A stretch of 64,000 bases of DNA from Bacteroidota bacterium (lineage in GTDB: Bacteria; Bacteroidota; Ignavibacteria; UBA10030): contig JALONQ010000011.1 in NCBI GenBank assembly GCA_025454835.1, positions 420 through 64,419 on the forward strand. Direction: 5' to 3'. Every line of letters starts with the position of its first letter. Position 1 is the stretch's first letter. This document shows positions 49,137 through 58,037 of the stretch, one piece after another. A program made the translations under genes and the position numbers. Under the pieces are notes generated by a model that did no database searches, was not told where the DNA came from, and was given only the letters and a program-made list of their open reading frames with translations.

Positions 49137-49814
49137 ATGCGTTCGGGGCGTTCGTCCGCGGCATCGGCCGCTCTGCTGGTCCTCTGGGCTGTCTGCGCAT
49201 CGGCACAAGAGGCCACCGACGCCTCGACGGTCAGAGCTGGCGGCGGGTTGGGGGTCGCGCTGATCGCCATGCCACGGTTGGCCGACTATGTCAATGTCGT
49301 GGCGTCGTCCTCCGAACCGGCCGACGAATTCGCCTCTGCGGCGGAACTGGCGCTCTTCGGTGACGTGCGCATCTCGGATGAGTGGTCCGCCGGCGTGTAC
49401 TGGGGGCGCGTCGCCAAGACGATCGAGCCGGGCGGCGCGTCGTCGACGGGCTGGGCCTTCGACGCCACGGTGCGGATGCCGTTGTTCACTCTCCGACGGT
49501 CTGTTGACGCCGGCGTGATGCGCCTCGAATTGACAGCGGGGGCGGGTCCGACGAGCGGAGAACTGACGCAACGATACCGTCCTCTCGGAAGTGAGCAACG
49601 GTTCACGGGCAACGGTATCGGCGTCCTGGCCGGGGCGGCTGCGTTCGCGCCTCTCGACGCGCACTTCATTGCGGGCGTTGCCGTCGACGTCCGGTGGTCT
49701 GGCGTGGGCCGCCTGACAGATGCCGGTGGGCGCGAGCCCGTGCACCGGGGCGTGACGGCCGATATGCGTTGGACCCATCTTTCGCTCCAATTCCTGATCG
49801 CGGCGCAATTCTAA
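49137..49814 (+). CDS. Hypothetical small outer-membrane beta-barrel protein
   Basis: Signal peptide CASA|Q, alternating beta-strand pattern, C-terminal Phe. Confidence 0.55.
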   Translation: MRSGRSSAASAALLVLWAVCASAQEATDASTVRAGGGLGVALIAMPRLADYVNVVASSSEPADEFASAAELALFGDVRISDEWSAGVYWGRVAKTIEPGGASSTGWAFDATVRMPLFTLRRSVDAGVMRLELTAGAGPTSGELTQRYRPLGSEQRFTGNGIGVLAGAAAFAPLDAHFIAGVAVDVRWSGVGRLTDAGGREPVHRGVTADMRWTHLSLQFLIAAQF

Positions 49815-49832
49815 CCGAGTCCGACGTCCTCC

Positions 49833-50636
49833 GTGCTCGACTCCATTCTTGTCAGTCTGATCCGCAGTTTCACCGAATTCATCGCCGTCGGCAGTTCCGG
49901 TCACACGATCCTGCTGAGTGAGGTCTTCGGGGTCCAAGCCGCTCCGGGGACCGAATTGGCTGTGAGGTCAGGAATGGTCGTGAGCGTTCTGGCCACGTAC
50001 CATCGAGACCTGTGGGCAATGGTCCGTTCGGTCGCTCAAGTCATTCGACACCCACTCGGCCTGGCGGCTGCGTTCAGGACCGACGTTCCCTTGCGTGAGG
50101 CATCGTTCCTCGTTGTCGGAACGATACCCGCGGCCGTGCTCGGACTCTGGTACGGACCGGAGCTGGCGACCTGGGCGACGGACCTGAAGCTCGTCTCGAC
50201 GTTCGTCATCATTGGCGGGCTGCTGCTCTTCCTGAGCCGCCTCTTTCGTCGCATTTTGCCGAGACCGCTCTCGATCGTGCAGGCGTTGCTCATGGGGCTT
50301 GGCCAGGCGTTGGCGATCATTCCGGGACTGCCGAGGATGTCGGCGGCCTTCAGCTTTGGCGTGTATGGAGGATTGGCGCCTCAAGCTTCCGCGCGGTTCT
50401 CGGTCTTGCTCGCATTGCCGGCGCTTGTGGGCGTTCTGGTCGTCAGTGCGGGGGAGGGATTCACCTGGCCGGCGTCGGAGATCGAGGGTCTGACCCTGAT
50501 CGGCGGATTCGTTGCGTCGGCTGCGTCCGGGTGGCTCGGGATCCGGGTTGTGCTGGGTGCCGTTCGTACGGGGGCCATTCGGTTCGTCGCGTTCTATTGT
50601 CTTCTCATCGGACTTCTCGGTATCATCTTCCTCTAA
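49833..50636 (+). CDS. UppP/BacA family undecaprenyl-diphosphate phosphatase-like protein (divergent motifs)
   Basis: TEFIAVGSSGH, GTIPAAVLG, GLGQALAIIPGLPR, ARFSVLLALP. Confidence 0.8.
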   Translation: MLDSILVSLIRSFTEFIAVGSSGHTILLSEVFGVQAAPGTELAVRSGMVVSVLATYHRDLWAMVRSVAQVIRHPLGLAAAFRTDVPLREASFLVVGTIPAAVLGLWYGPELATWATDLKLVSTFVIIGGLLLFLSRLFRRILPRPLSIVQALLMGLGQALAIIPGLPRMSAAFSFGVYGGLAPQASARFSVLLALPALVGVLVVSAGEGFTWPASEIEGLTLIGGFVASAASGWLGIRVVLGAVRTGAIRFVAFYCLLIGLLGIIFL

Positions 50637-50648
50637 GGAGAGCATCGC

Positions 50649-51233
50649 ATGCGTTTCGTCGTCGCCATCTTGGTCGCGTCTCTGAGCACGTCGGTTCTGG
50701 CGTGCCAGTCGGATTCGGCCGCTTCGAAAGGAAAAATTGTGAAGGCCACCATCGAGACCACCAAAGGCGTCATCGAGGTCGAACTGTATGCAACCGACGC
50801 CCCGAAAACGGTGGCGAACTTCGTCGGACTAGCGAAGGAAGGCTATTTCAACGGTATCGTCGTTCATCGCATCTCGAAGGGCTTCGTGATCCAGACGGGC
50901 GATTCCACCGGCACGGGTCGCGGCGGCCGGTCGATCTACGGCGGTACGTTCGAAGACGAGCTCTTCCCCGCGACGCCGTCGTACGAGGCGGGCTACATGC
51001 GCGGCACGCTGGCGATGGCGAATCGGGGCCCGAACACGAACACGAGCCAGTTCTTCATCGTCCTGGCGGACGCTCCCTGGCTGCCCAAGAATTACACGAT
51101 CTTCGGCAAGGTCACAAAGGGCATGGAGGTCGTCGATTCCATCGCCGCCGTGCCGATCACACCGATGATGGGTCCCACCGACGGGAAGCCGGTCGAGGAC
51201 ATCAAGATGACAGCGGTCAAGGTCGAGCCGTAG
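50649..51233 (+). CDS. Cyclophilin-type peptidyl-prolyl isomerase (exported)
   Basis: APKTVANF, HRISKGFVIQTGD, LAMANRGPNTNTSQFFI, YTIFGKV. Confidence 0.94.
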   Translation: MRFVVAILVASLSTSVLACQSDSAASKGKIVKATIETTKGVIEVELYATDAPKTVANFVGLAKEGYFNGIVVHRISKGFVIQTGDSTGTGRGGRSIYGGTFEDELFPATPSYEAGYMRGTLAMANRGPNTNTSQFFIVLADAPWLPKNYTIFGKVTKGMEVVDSIAAVPITPMMGPTDGKPVEDIKMTAVKVEP

Positions 51234-51245
51234 GGCCGATTGACG

Positions 51246-52295
51246 ATGGCCTCGCACTCCCAGGCGGAATTCCTGAAACGCGCCGCGGCCGGGCAGGTCG
51301 CGCCGGTGACGCTCGTCCATGGAGACGAGCCGTTACTGCTGGATGAGTGCGTATCGGCCGTCGTGGACCACGCAGTCGACGAATCGCTCCGCGAATTCAA
51401 CCTCGACATCATCGATGGCTCCCGGGCCGACATCCGCGATGTGCTGGCGAAGGCCTCGTCATTTCCGATGATGGCAGAGCGCCGGGTGGTGGTCATCAGG
51501 TCCTTTGAGCGACTGGTTGGGGGCGACAAGGCCAAGGAAATGTTCGCCGGCTATGTGGCCCGGCCGATGGAGACCACGCGACTTGTGCTCGTGGCGGAGG
51601 ACCCCGACTTCCGTCGCAAGCCGTTCACCGACCTGAAGAAGCATGCCGACGTTGTCGAGTGCAAACCGCCCTGGGACAACGAGATCCCGCCGTGGACGGT
51701 CGAGCGGGCGAAGCGGTTCAAGAAGACGATCGGCATCGATGCTGCCCGCATGCTGCAGGCATACGTCGGCGATTCGCTCATGGGGATCCACCGTGAGCTG
51801 GACAAGCTGTCGGTCTACGTGGGCGAGCGGCCGGACATCACGGAGGAGGACGTCTCGGCCGTGGCGGGGGCCTCCCGTGGCTACACGGTTTTCGACCTTC
51901 AGAATGCCATCGGGCGGCGCGACCTGCGCAGTGCGTCGACCGTCCTCCGGCGGATGCTCGAATCGGGAGAATCCGCTCCGGGCATCATCGTGATGCTGAC
52001 CCGATTCTTCCTGCAGTTGTGGAAGCTGCGCGAGATGAAGCAGCAGCGGATGCCGGATGCGGAGATCGCGTCGGCGCTCCGCATGTCGCCCTATCATCTG
52101 CGCGGACTGGCGGCTTTTCTGCCGCAGCATACCGTGCGCGAGGTTGAAGAGGCACTGCAGGCGCTTCGGAACACCGATCGGGCCATCAAGACCGGTGCCG
52201 ATGTGCCGGCAGAGATGGAACTCCTCGTCTACACCATCATCCGAAGCCGGGCACTGGCTGCGACCGGGGGAGAGCCGCGTGCCGTTGTGGCGTGA
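51246..52295 (+). CDS. holA: DNA polymerase III delta subunit
   Basis: LVHGDEP, FPMMAERRVVV, ELDKL, VFDLQNAI, DRAIKTG. Confidence 0.9.
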   Translation: MASHSQAEFLKRAAAGQVAPVTLVHGDEPLLLDECVSAVVDHAVDESLREFNLDIIDGSRADIRDVLAKASSFPMMAERRVVVIRSFERLVGGDKAKEMFAGYVARPMETTRLVLVAEDPDFRRKPFTDLKKHADVVECKPPWDNEIPPWTVERAKRFKKTIGIDAARMLQAYVGDSLMGIHRELDKLSVYVGERPDITEEDVSAVAGASRGYTVFDLQNAIGRRDLRSASTVLRRMLESGESAPGIIVMLTRFFLQLWKLREMKQQRMPDAEIASALRMSPYHLRGLAAFLPQHTVREVEEALQALRNTDRAIKTGADVPAEMELLVYTIIRSRALAATGGEPRAVVA

Positions 52296-52296
52296 G

Positions 52297-53778
52297 GTGC
52301 TTTGGCCCGATACGATCGAGTGGATCCGCCTGCCGATGGTCGTGGTGGCCCTGGCCGGACTCATCGTCGTCGGCGAAGTGCTCCGGAAGATGGCCCATTT
52401 CTCACCTGAATTCTCCCGCAAGTTCGTCCATATCGCCGTCGGGGCCGGTCTGCTGCTCGGGCCGAGTCTCTTCATCAGTCCCGTTCCCTTCCTCATCCTT
52501 TCCGTTCTGTTCGCCCTCTCCAATGGCGTGGCGATCCGCGCCGGCTGGCTGAAGGGGATCCACGGTCCCAAGCGCCGATCGCTCGGCACGGTCTACTTTC
52601 CGATCTCGTTGGGGGCGTTGACCGTACTTCTGTGGCACCATGCGCCGGAGATCGTCGTTCTCGCCATGTTCACCTTCTCGATGGGTGATGCGGCAGCCGC
52701 CATCGTGGGCGAGTCGTTGCGACGACCCACGGCGTATTCGCTCAGCGGAGATCAGAAATCGATCGAAGGGTCGATCGCCATGTTCGCGGCGTCGATCCTG
52801 TCCATGGTCGGAGGCATCTGGTTCCTCATGCCAGAGTTGCTATCGTCCTGGTACTTCGTGGCCGTGCTCACCTCCATGTCGGCCCTGCTGGCCACAGGCT
52901 GGGAGGCGCTGTCATCGAAGGGTCTGGACAACATCTCGGTCCCGCTTTCGCACGGCTTCGTCCTCTCCGTGTTTCTGATCCCGACGGTCGGCATCTCGAT
53001 CCCGCAACTGGCGCTCGCCCTTGCTCTGGGGATCCTGATCGCCGTCGCGGCGTACTATGCTCGCGCGCTCAGCCTGAGCGGCGCCGTCGCGACGAGCTTG
53101 CTGGCCACGCTCGTCTTCGGGGTTGGCGGATGGAAATGGGCGATGCCCATCGTGGTCTTCTTCGTCTTCTCGAGCGCCTTGTCGTTCTATGGCAGGTCTC
53201 GGAAGGCCGATCTCGACACGATCTTTGAGAAATCCTCGACGCGAGATCATGCGCAGGTTGGCGCGAACGGCGGGATCGCTGGAGCGCTGGTGCTCCTCCA
53301 TTACGTCGTCCCGTCGATCGACTGGTATCCGGCCTATGTCGGCTCTGTGGCCGCGGCGACGGCTGATACCTGGGGGACCGAGGTCGGCACGCTGTTCCAC
53401 GGCCGGACGATCACGCTCGCCGGGTTCAAAGAAGTGCCGCGCGGAAGCAACGGCGGGGTCTCGATGGCCGGCTCGATCGCCGGTATCGTGGGCGCAGCGC
53501 TCGTGTCGGCAGTGGCCGGGCAATGGACCGCCAACTGGTCCACCGTTCTTGTCGGAACGGTCGGAGGCGTCACCGGAGCGGCCGTCGACAGCCTGCTCGG
53601 GTCGCTGCTGCAAGCGCGCTTCCACTGTGCCGTCTGCGGCAAGCAAACGGAGCGTCTCGAGCATTGCGGGGCTCCGACGGCGTTCACCGGCGGGCTCCGC
53701 TGGCTGCGGAACGACGGCGTGAACTGGTCGTGCGCTGCGGCCGGCGCCGGGGCGGCTTTGGCCTTGTCGTTCGTGTGA
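52297..53778 (+). CDS. Phytol/dolichol-kinase (CTP-dependent) + DUF92/TMEM19 fusion membrane protein
   Basis: N-half SRKFVHI, GDAAAAIVG, KSIEGS, GLDNISVP; C-half QVGANGG, ADTWGTEVG, GSNGGVS, DSLLG, NDGVN. Start approximate. Confidence 0.85.
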   Translation: MLWPDTIEWIRLPMVVVALAGLIVVGEVLRKMAHFSPEFSRKFVHIAVGAGLLLGPSLFISPVPFLILSVLFALSNGVAIRAGWLKGIHGPKRRSLGTVYFPISLGALTVLLWHHAPEIVVLAMFTFSMGDAAAAIVGESLRRPTAYSLSGDQKSIEGSIAMFAASILSMVGGIWFLMPELLSSWYFVAVLTSMSALLATGWEALSSKGLDNISVPLSHGFVLSVFLIPTVGISIPQLALALALGILIAVAAYYARALSLSGAVATSLLATLVFGVGGWKWAMPIVVFFVFSSALSFYGRSRKADLDTIFEKSSTRDHAQVGANGGIAGALVLLHYVVPSIDWYPAYVGSVAAATADTWGTEVGTLFHGRTITLAGFKEVPRGSNGGVSMAGSIAGIVGAALVSAVAGQWTANWSTVLVGTVGGVTGAAVDSLLGSLLQARFHCAVCGKQTERLEHCGAPTAFTGGLRWLRNDGVNWSCAAAGAGAALALSFV

Positions 53779-53839
53779 GGTTGCCCGCTGTCCTCATCTT
53801 GATACGATCACATCGCACATCAACAGACCCGAGGCTTCC

Positions 53840-54802
53840 ATGCTGAACTATGTGTGGATCTCCCTCCTTGCGATCGGCATCCTGACCGCGGTCGGGAAGG
53901 ATGTCGCCGACGAGTTCTCGAACCCCTATCGGAACGGTCGCGCTGTCGAGATCGCCATCGAGGATGCAAGGCCCTTGAGCGCCGATCGGACCTCGTGGGA
54001 AGCCACGCTCTCCTTGAAGGCCGAAGCATTCAGCGCCTTCTACGGCGTGTCGGCTCCGACCGAGGCGGTCCGCACTCCGGTCCGGATCATCCTGCGAGAG
54101 GAGGGCAAGCGCCTGGTCCTGACCCCCGTCGAAGGGACGCCGGAGTTGTGGAAGAAGATGTCCACGCTCGGCATGACCAAGGGTCAACTCGGCGGCACGC
54201 TCACGAGTGTTCGAGCGGACGCAGGAGTACCGGTAGGCGCTGCGGTGGAGTTCGAAGCGATCCGGTTCGTGAAGCTGCGGGCCGTGACGCAAGCGGCGCT
54301 CGATTTTGCCAACACGGCCGTCGAGATCTCTCTCGGGCTTATCGGCATCATGGCGCTGTGGCTCGGACTCATCAAGGTCGCCGAAGCGGCAGGATTTGTG
54401 ACGCTGCTGACGAAGGCGTTGCGGCCGATCACCACACGGCTGTTCCCCGATGTGCCTCACGATCATCCGGCCGTCGGCGCCATGATCATGAACATCTCGG
54501 CGAACATGCTCGGCCTGAGCAACGCGGCCACGCCGATGGGTCTCAAAGCGATGGAGGAATTGAACAAGCTGAACCCGAAGGCGGGGACGGCGACGAATGC
54601 CATGTGCACCTTCCTGGCGATCAACACCGGCGGCTTGATCCTCATCCCGGCGACGGCCATCGCGGTCCGTGCGGCGGCGGGTTCCGCCAACCCAGGCATC
54701 ATCATCGGCACGTCGATCGTCGGTGCAGGCCTGGCGACGATCGCCGGAGTGCTGGCCGCCAAGTTCTTCCAGCGATTGCGCATGTTTCGGGTGGAGGACT
54801 AG
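53840..54802 (+). CDS. spmA: SpmA-like nucleoside-recognition (Gate) membrane protein
   Basis: MLNYVW, GIMALWLG, LFPDVPHDHPA, ANMLGLSNAATPMGLKAMEEL, MCTFLAINT. Confidence 0.88.
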   Translation: MLNYVWISLLAIGILTAVGKDVADEFSNPYRNGRAVEIAIEDARPLSADRTSWEATLSLKAEAFSAFYGVSAPTEAVRTPVRIILREEGKRLVLTPVEGTPELWKKMSTLGMTKGQLGGTLTSVRADAGVPVGAAVEFEAIRFVKLRAVTQAALDFANTAVEISLGLIGIMALWLGLIKVAEAAGFVTLLTKALRPITTRLFPDVPHDHPAVGAMIMNISANMLGLSNAATPMGLKAMEELNKLNPKAGTATNAMCTFLAINTGGLILIPATAIAVRAAAGSANPGIIIGTSIVGAGLATIAGVLAAKFFQRLRMFRVED

Positions 54803-54805
54803 GCC

Positions 54806-55354
54806 ATGACTGAGTTCTTTCGGTCCATCCTGAATGTAATCTCCGTCATAGCGATTCCCGGACTGATCGTCGTATTTTTGGGTTGGGGATTCGTGAAAAA
54901 GGTCAAGGTCTACGAGGTCTTCGTCGAAGGGGCGAAGGAGGGTTTCAACACAGCCATCCGGATCATACCGTATCTGGTGGCGATGCTCTTCGCGATCGGG
55001 ATCTTCCGAGCGAGCGGGGCGATGGACGTGCTCGTGGCCATTCTCTCGCCCGTGACGGAACTGATCGGCATGCCGGCGGAGGCCCTTCCGATGGCGTTCA
55101 TGCGGCCGCTATCGGGGAGTGGCTCGTTGGGACTGATGACGGAGATCATGAAGACGCACGGGGCCGATTCGTTCCTGGGCGTGCTCGTGTCGACGATGTA
55201 CGGCAGCACTGAGACGACATTCTATGTTCTTGCCGTGTACTTCGGTGCCGTCAACATCAAGAATACGCGCCATGCCTTGCCGGCGGGGCTCGTGGCGGAC
55301 TTTTTCGGCATGGCCGGGGCGCTGATCGTCTGCAGGATCCTTTTCGGTGTCTGA
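54806..55354 (+). CDS. spmB: SpmB-like Gate membrane protein
   Basis: VYEVFVEGAKEG, IIPYLVAML, MRPLSGSG, GSTETTFYVLAVYFG. Confidence 0.9.
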   Translation: MTEFFRSILNVISVIAIPGLIVVFLGWGFVKKVKVYEVFVEGAKEGFNTAIRIIPYLVAMLFAIGIFRASGAMDVLVAILSPVTELIGMPAEALPMAFMRPLSGSGSLGLMTEIMKTHGADSFLGVLVSTMYGSTETTFYVLAVYFGAVNIKNTRHALPAGLVADFFGMAGALIVCRILFGV

Positions 55355-55436
55355 GAAGAAGAGCACGAGAGGTCGCGGCATGAGTAAGATTCGACCGGGT
55401 GAAGCGAACTGTGACGGACCTAAACGGGAGGGCATC

Positions 55437-56756
55437 ATGAAACGAATCATTCTGTTGGCCGGCATGCTGGCGATCACGACGGCGGCCGTGTGGTCGCAGG
55501 GGAGTCCGCTGGCGGCTGCGGCGGCCAAGAAGGACGGCGGCTCCATTCCGATGGGCCTTGGCGCGACGGTCATCGACGGCCAAGCCTACTATCTGATCAA
55601 TCTGGCCCCTGAGGTTTCGTTCGGGAACCTGGGCGTCGGCCTTGACCTCAACCTTCGCATCGGCACGAACGGAAAGATCCGCAGCGAGGATTTCGACGAA
55701 GGCTACGACTACCTGCGCATCATTCGCTACGTGCGTTGGGGTCAGAAGGAGGACCCGCTGTATGTCAGGGTCGGCCAGCTCGACTACTCGCGGCTGGGCC
55801 ACGGATTCATCCTCTACAACTACAAGAACAGCCCGAGTTACGACCTGCGGAAGGTCGGTTTGGAGCTCGATGTCAACTTCGAGTCGTACGGGCTGGAAAC
55901 GATCTACAGCGACTTCGCCCGGGCCGGCGTCTTCGGGGCCCGCGGGTATGTGAGGCCCCTGAAGTTCACGGCCTGGTCGAAGATCCCGGTGGTCAACAAC
56001 CTCGAGACGGGCGTGACCTTCGCGATGGACGTCGACAAGAACGCGAACCGTGAGTTCGACCCGCTGACGCGGACCGCGAAGGACAACGGTTCGCTGGCGA
56101 TCATAGGCATGGACGTCGGTCTGCCGATCATCTCGTACAAGATCTTCAAGACGTCGCTGTATTTCGACTACGCGACGATCCTTGACTACGGCGCGGGGGC
56201 CGCGGCCGGCATCGACCTGCACTTCTCGGGGCTTGGGCTTGTCACCCTCAACGCCAAGTACGAGCGCCGTTGGCTGGGCGATCAGTTCCTGCCGTCCTAT
56301 TTCAACTCGTTGTATGAGCAGGACCGTTTCGTGCCGCTGGATTCGATCGCGTTCACCAGCAAGGCGATGGTCCTCCGTACTGCCAAGGCGGTTGAAGGCT
56401 ACTACGGCGAGCTCGTGCTCAGCTTCCTCAACACGCTCCATGTCATCGGCGGATATCAGGCGCCGATCGGCGTGAAGAATGCCGGACTGATACACCTGCA
56501 GCTGCTCACCGGAGACATCATCCCGATCCTGCAGTTCAGCGCCGGGTACGACAAGCGCAATGTCGGTTCGGTCTTCAAGGTGGACAACAACTCGGTCCTG
56601 CACGCTGAGGTGGGATACAAACCGTATCCGTTCATGGTCGTGTCGATGCTCTATCAATGGACGTTCCGCGAGAAGAAGGACGCTCTGGATCGGGTCGTCG
56701 GATATGAGCCACAGCGGCGCGTTGAACCGAAGGTGTCGTTCGTGTTCAACTTCTGA
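55437..56756 (+). CDS. Hypothetical exported/outer-membrane beta-rich protein
   Basis: Signal peptide AVWS|Q, IRYVRWG...RVGQL...LGHG, FLPSYFNSLYE, C-terminal FNF; GGAGG RBS. Confidence 0.65.
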   Translation: MKRIILLAGMLAITTAAVWSQGSPLAAAAAKKDGGSIPMGLGATVIDGQAYYLINLAPEVSFGNLGVGLDLNLRIGTNGKIRSEDFDEGYDYLRIIRYVRWGQKEDPLYVRVGQLDYSRLGHGFILYNYKNSPSYDLRKVGLELDVNFESYGLETIYSDFARAGVFGARGYVRPLKFTAWSKIPVVNNLETGVTFAMDVDKNANREFDPLTRTAKDNGSLAIIGMDVGLPIISYKIFKTSLYFDYATILDYGAGAAAGIDLHFSGLGLVTLNAKYERRWLGDQFLPSYFNSLYEQDRFVPLDSIAFTSKAMVLRTAKAVEGYYGELVLSFLNTLHVIGGYQAPIGVKNAGLIHLQLLTGDIIPILQFSAGYDKRNVGSVFKVDNNSVLHAEVGYKPYPFMVVSMLYQWTFREKKDALDRVVGYEPQRRVEPKVSFVFNF

Positions 56757-56771
56757 CAAAGAAGGACGCCT

Positions 56772-56897
56772 ACCGCCAAGGCCGCCAAGAACGCCAAGGA
56801 TGCTAAGGAGGAGAGAGGAGCGAATGACCTCCGGGGGACGGTTCCAGTACGTTAAGCCACGTCCGCACGCATCGATTCAACTTGGCGTCATGGCGGT
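56772..56897. repeat. Palindromic repeat-family element with long spacer
   Basis: Left ACCGCCAAG GCCGCCAAG AACGCCAAG GATGCTAAG; right CTTGGCGT CATGGCGGT. Confidence 0.75.
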
Positions 56898-56930
56898 TCA
56901 GACGTACGGTCCAGCAGATTCTCAAGAACG

Positions 56931-56960
56931 CAAAACCCCCTGTCATCAGGGGGTTTTTTG
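56931..56960 (+). terminator. Intrinsic terminator
   Basis: AAAACCCCCTG-TCAT-CAGGGGGTTTTTT. Confidence 0.8.
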
Positions 56961-56989
56961 TTGCTTCTTCCGGGGTCGCTCGATATATT
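56961..56989 (+). promoter_or_regulatory. Putative sigma70 promoter TTGCTT-N17-TATATT
   Basis: 17-bp spacing, immediately after the terminator and upstream of proline dehydrogenase. Confidence 0.5.
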
Positions 56990-57038
56990 GAAACGCAATT
57001 CTTTAACGATCTTTCCAACCTTTTCGCGATCGACTTCC

Positions 57039-57938
57039 TTGCTGAACCGCCTCGTCGTCGCCGCCCTTCCTGTTATTCCCAAGTCAATCGTCGGCCTGGT
57101 CTCACGCCGCTATATCGCGGGAGAGCGCCTCACGGACGCGGTCGACCAGATCCGCATCCTCAACGCCGGCGGGTTCTCGTGCACGACGGACCTGCTCGGC
57201 GAGTACATCACTCGCCTGGACGAAGCCGACGCGAACCGACGCCAGATCGAAGCCATTTTCTCGGCGATCGAGGAGCAGCGTTTGAACTCGACCGTCTCCG
57301 TCAAGCTGAGCCAGATGGGCCTCTTGCTCGACAAGGGTGCCTGCTACAAGAATGTTCGCGCGCTCGTCGAGCTGGCCCACTTGAAAGGCAACCGCCTCAC
57401 GATCGACATGGAGGATTCCTCCACGGTCGACGCGACGTGGGACATTTTCTATCGTCTTCGGGCGGAGGGGTTCACGAACATCGGCATGGTCGCCCAGGCG
57501 TATCTGCATCGGATCCAGGACGACATGCGGAAGTTCATCCGCCAAGGGGGCGGTGAGATCCGTCTGTGCAAGGGCATCTATATCGAACCGGTCTCGATCT
57601 CGTATCGGAATCGTGAGGACGTTCGCCGCAACTTCATGCAGGTGCTCGAGATCCTGCTGGACGGCGGCGCGAAGGTCGGGATCGCGACGCACGACGATGT
57701 GCTCGTCGAGCAATCGGCCGCGATGATCCTGAAACGAAAGGCGCCAGCCAGCGCCTACGAGTTTCAGATGCTGCTTGGTGTGCGCGAGTCGTTGCGAGAC
57801 AGCGTGCGCCGCCGCGGCCACCCTCTGCGCGTCTACGTCCCCTACGGCGAGAGCTGGTATGCGTACAGCGTCCGGCGCCTGCGCGAGAACCCGCAGATCG
57901 CCGGCTATGTGTTCAAAGCGATGTTCGGACGCGCCTGA
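57039..57938 (+). CDS. Monofunctional proline dehydrogenase
   Basis: RYIAGE, DLLGE, SVKLSQMG, IDMED, QAYL, RLCKGIY, IATHD, EFQML, YVPYG, RRLRENP; TTG start inferred. Confidence 0.92.
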   Translation: MLNRLVVAALPVIPKSIVGLVSRRYIAGERLTDAVDQIRILNAGGFSCTTDLLGEYITRLDEADANRRQIEAIFSAIEEQRLNSTVSVKLSQMGLLLDKGACYKNVRALVELAHLKGNRLTIDMEDSSTVDATWDIFYRLRAEGFTNIGMVAQAYLHRIQDDMRKFIRQGGGEIRLCKGIYIEPVSISYRNREDVRRNFMQVLEILLDGGAKVGIATHDDVLVEQSAAMILKRKAPASAYEFQMLLGVRESLRDSVRRRGHPLRVYVPYGESWYAYSVRRLRENPQIAGYVFKAMFGRA

Positions 57939-58037
57939 TCGGCGTGTCATCGGCTGACCGTTCAAGGTTTGCCGGATCACCGACGGAGCCCCGAGTTCCG
58001 TCAATCACCCACGCAACAACGCACGAAGGAGAGCGGT

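Noticed and set aside
53840-55354. Evidence of sporulation (spmAB, divIVA)
   Set aside because: These families occur in non-sporulating bacteria; lolA, fadL and beta-barrels indicate a diderm, and no spo genes are present.
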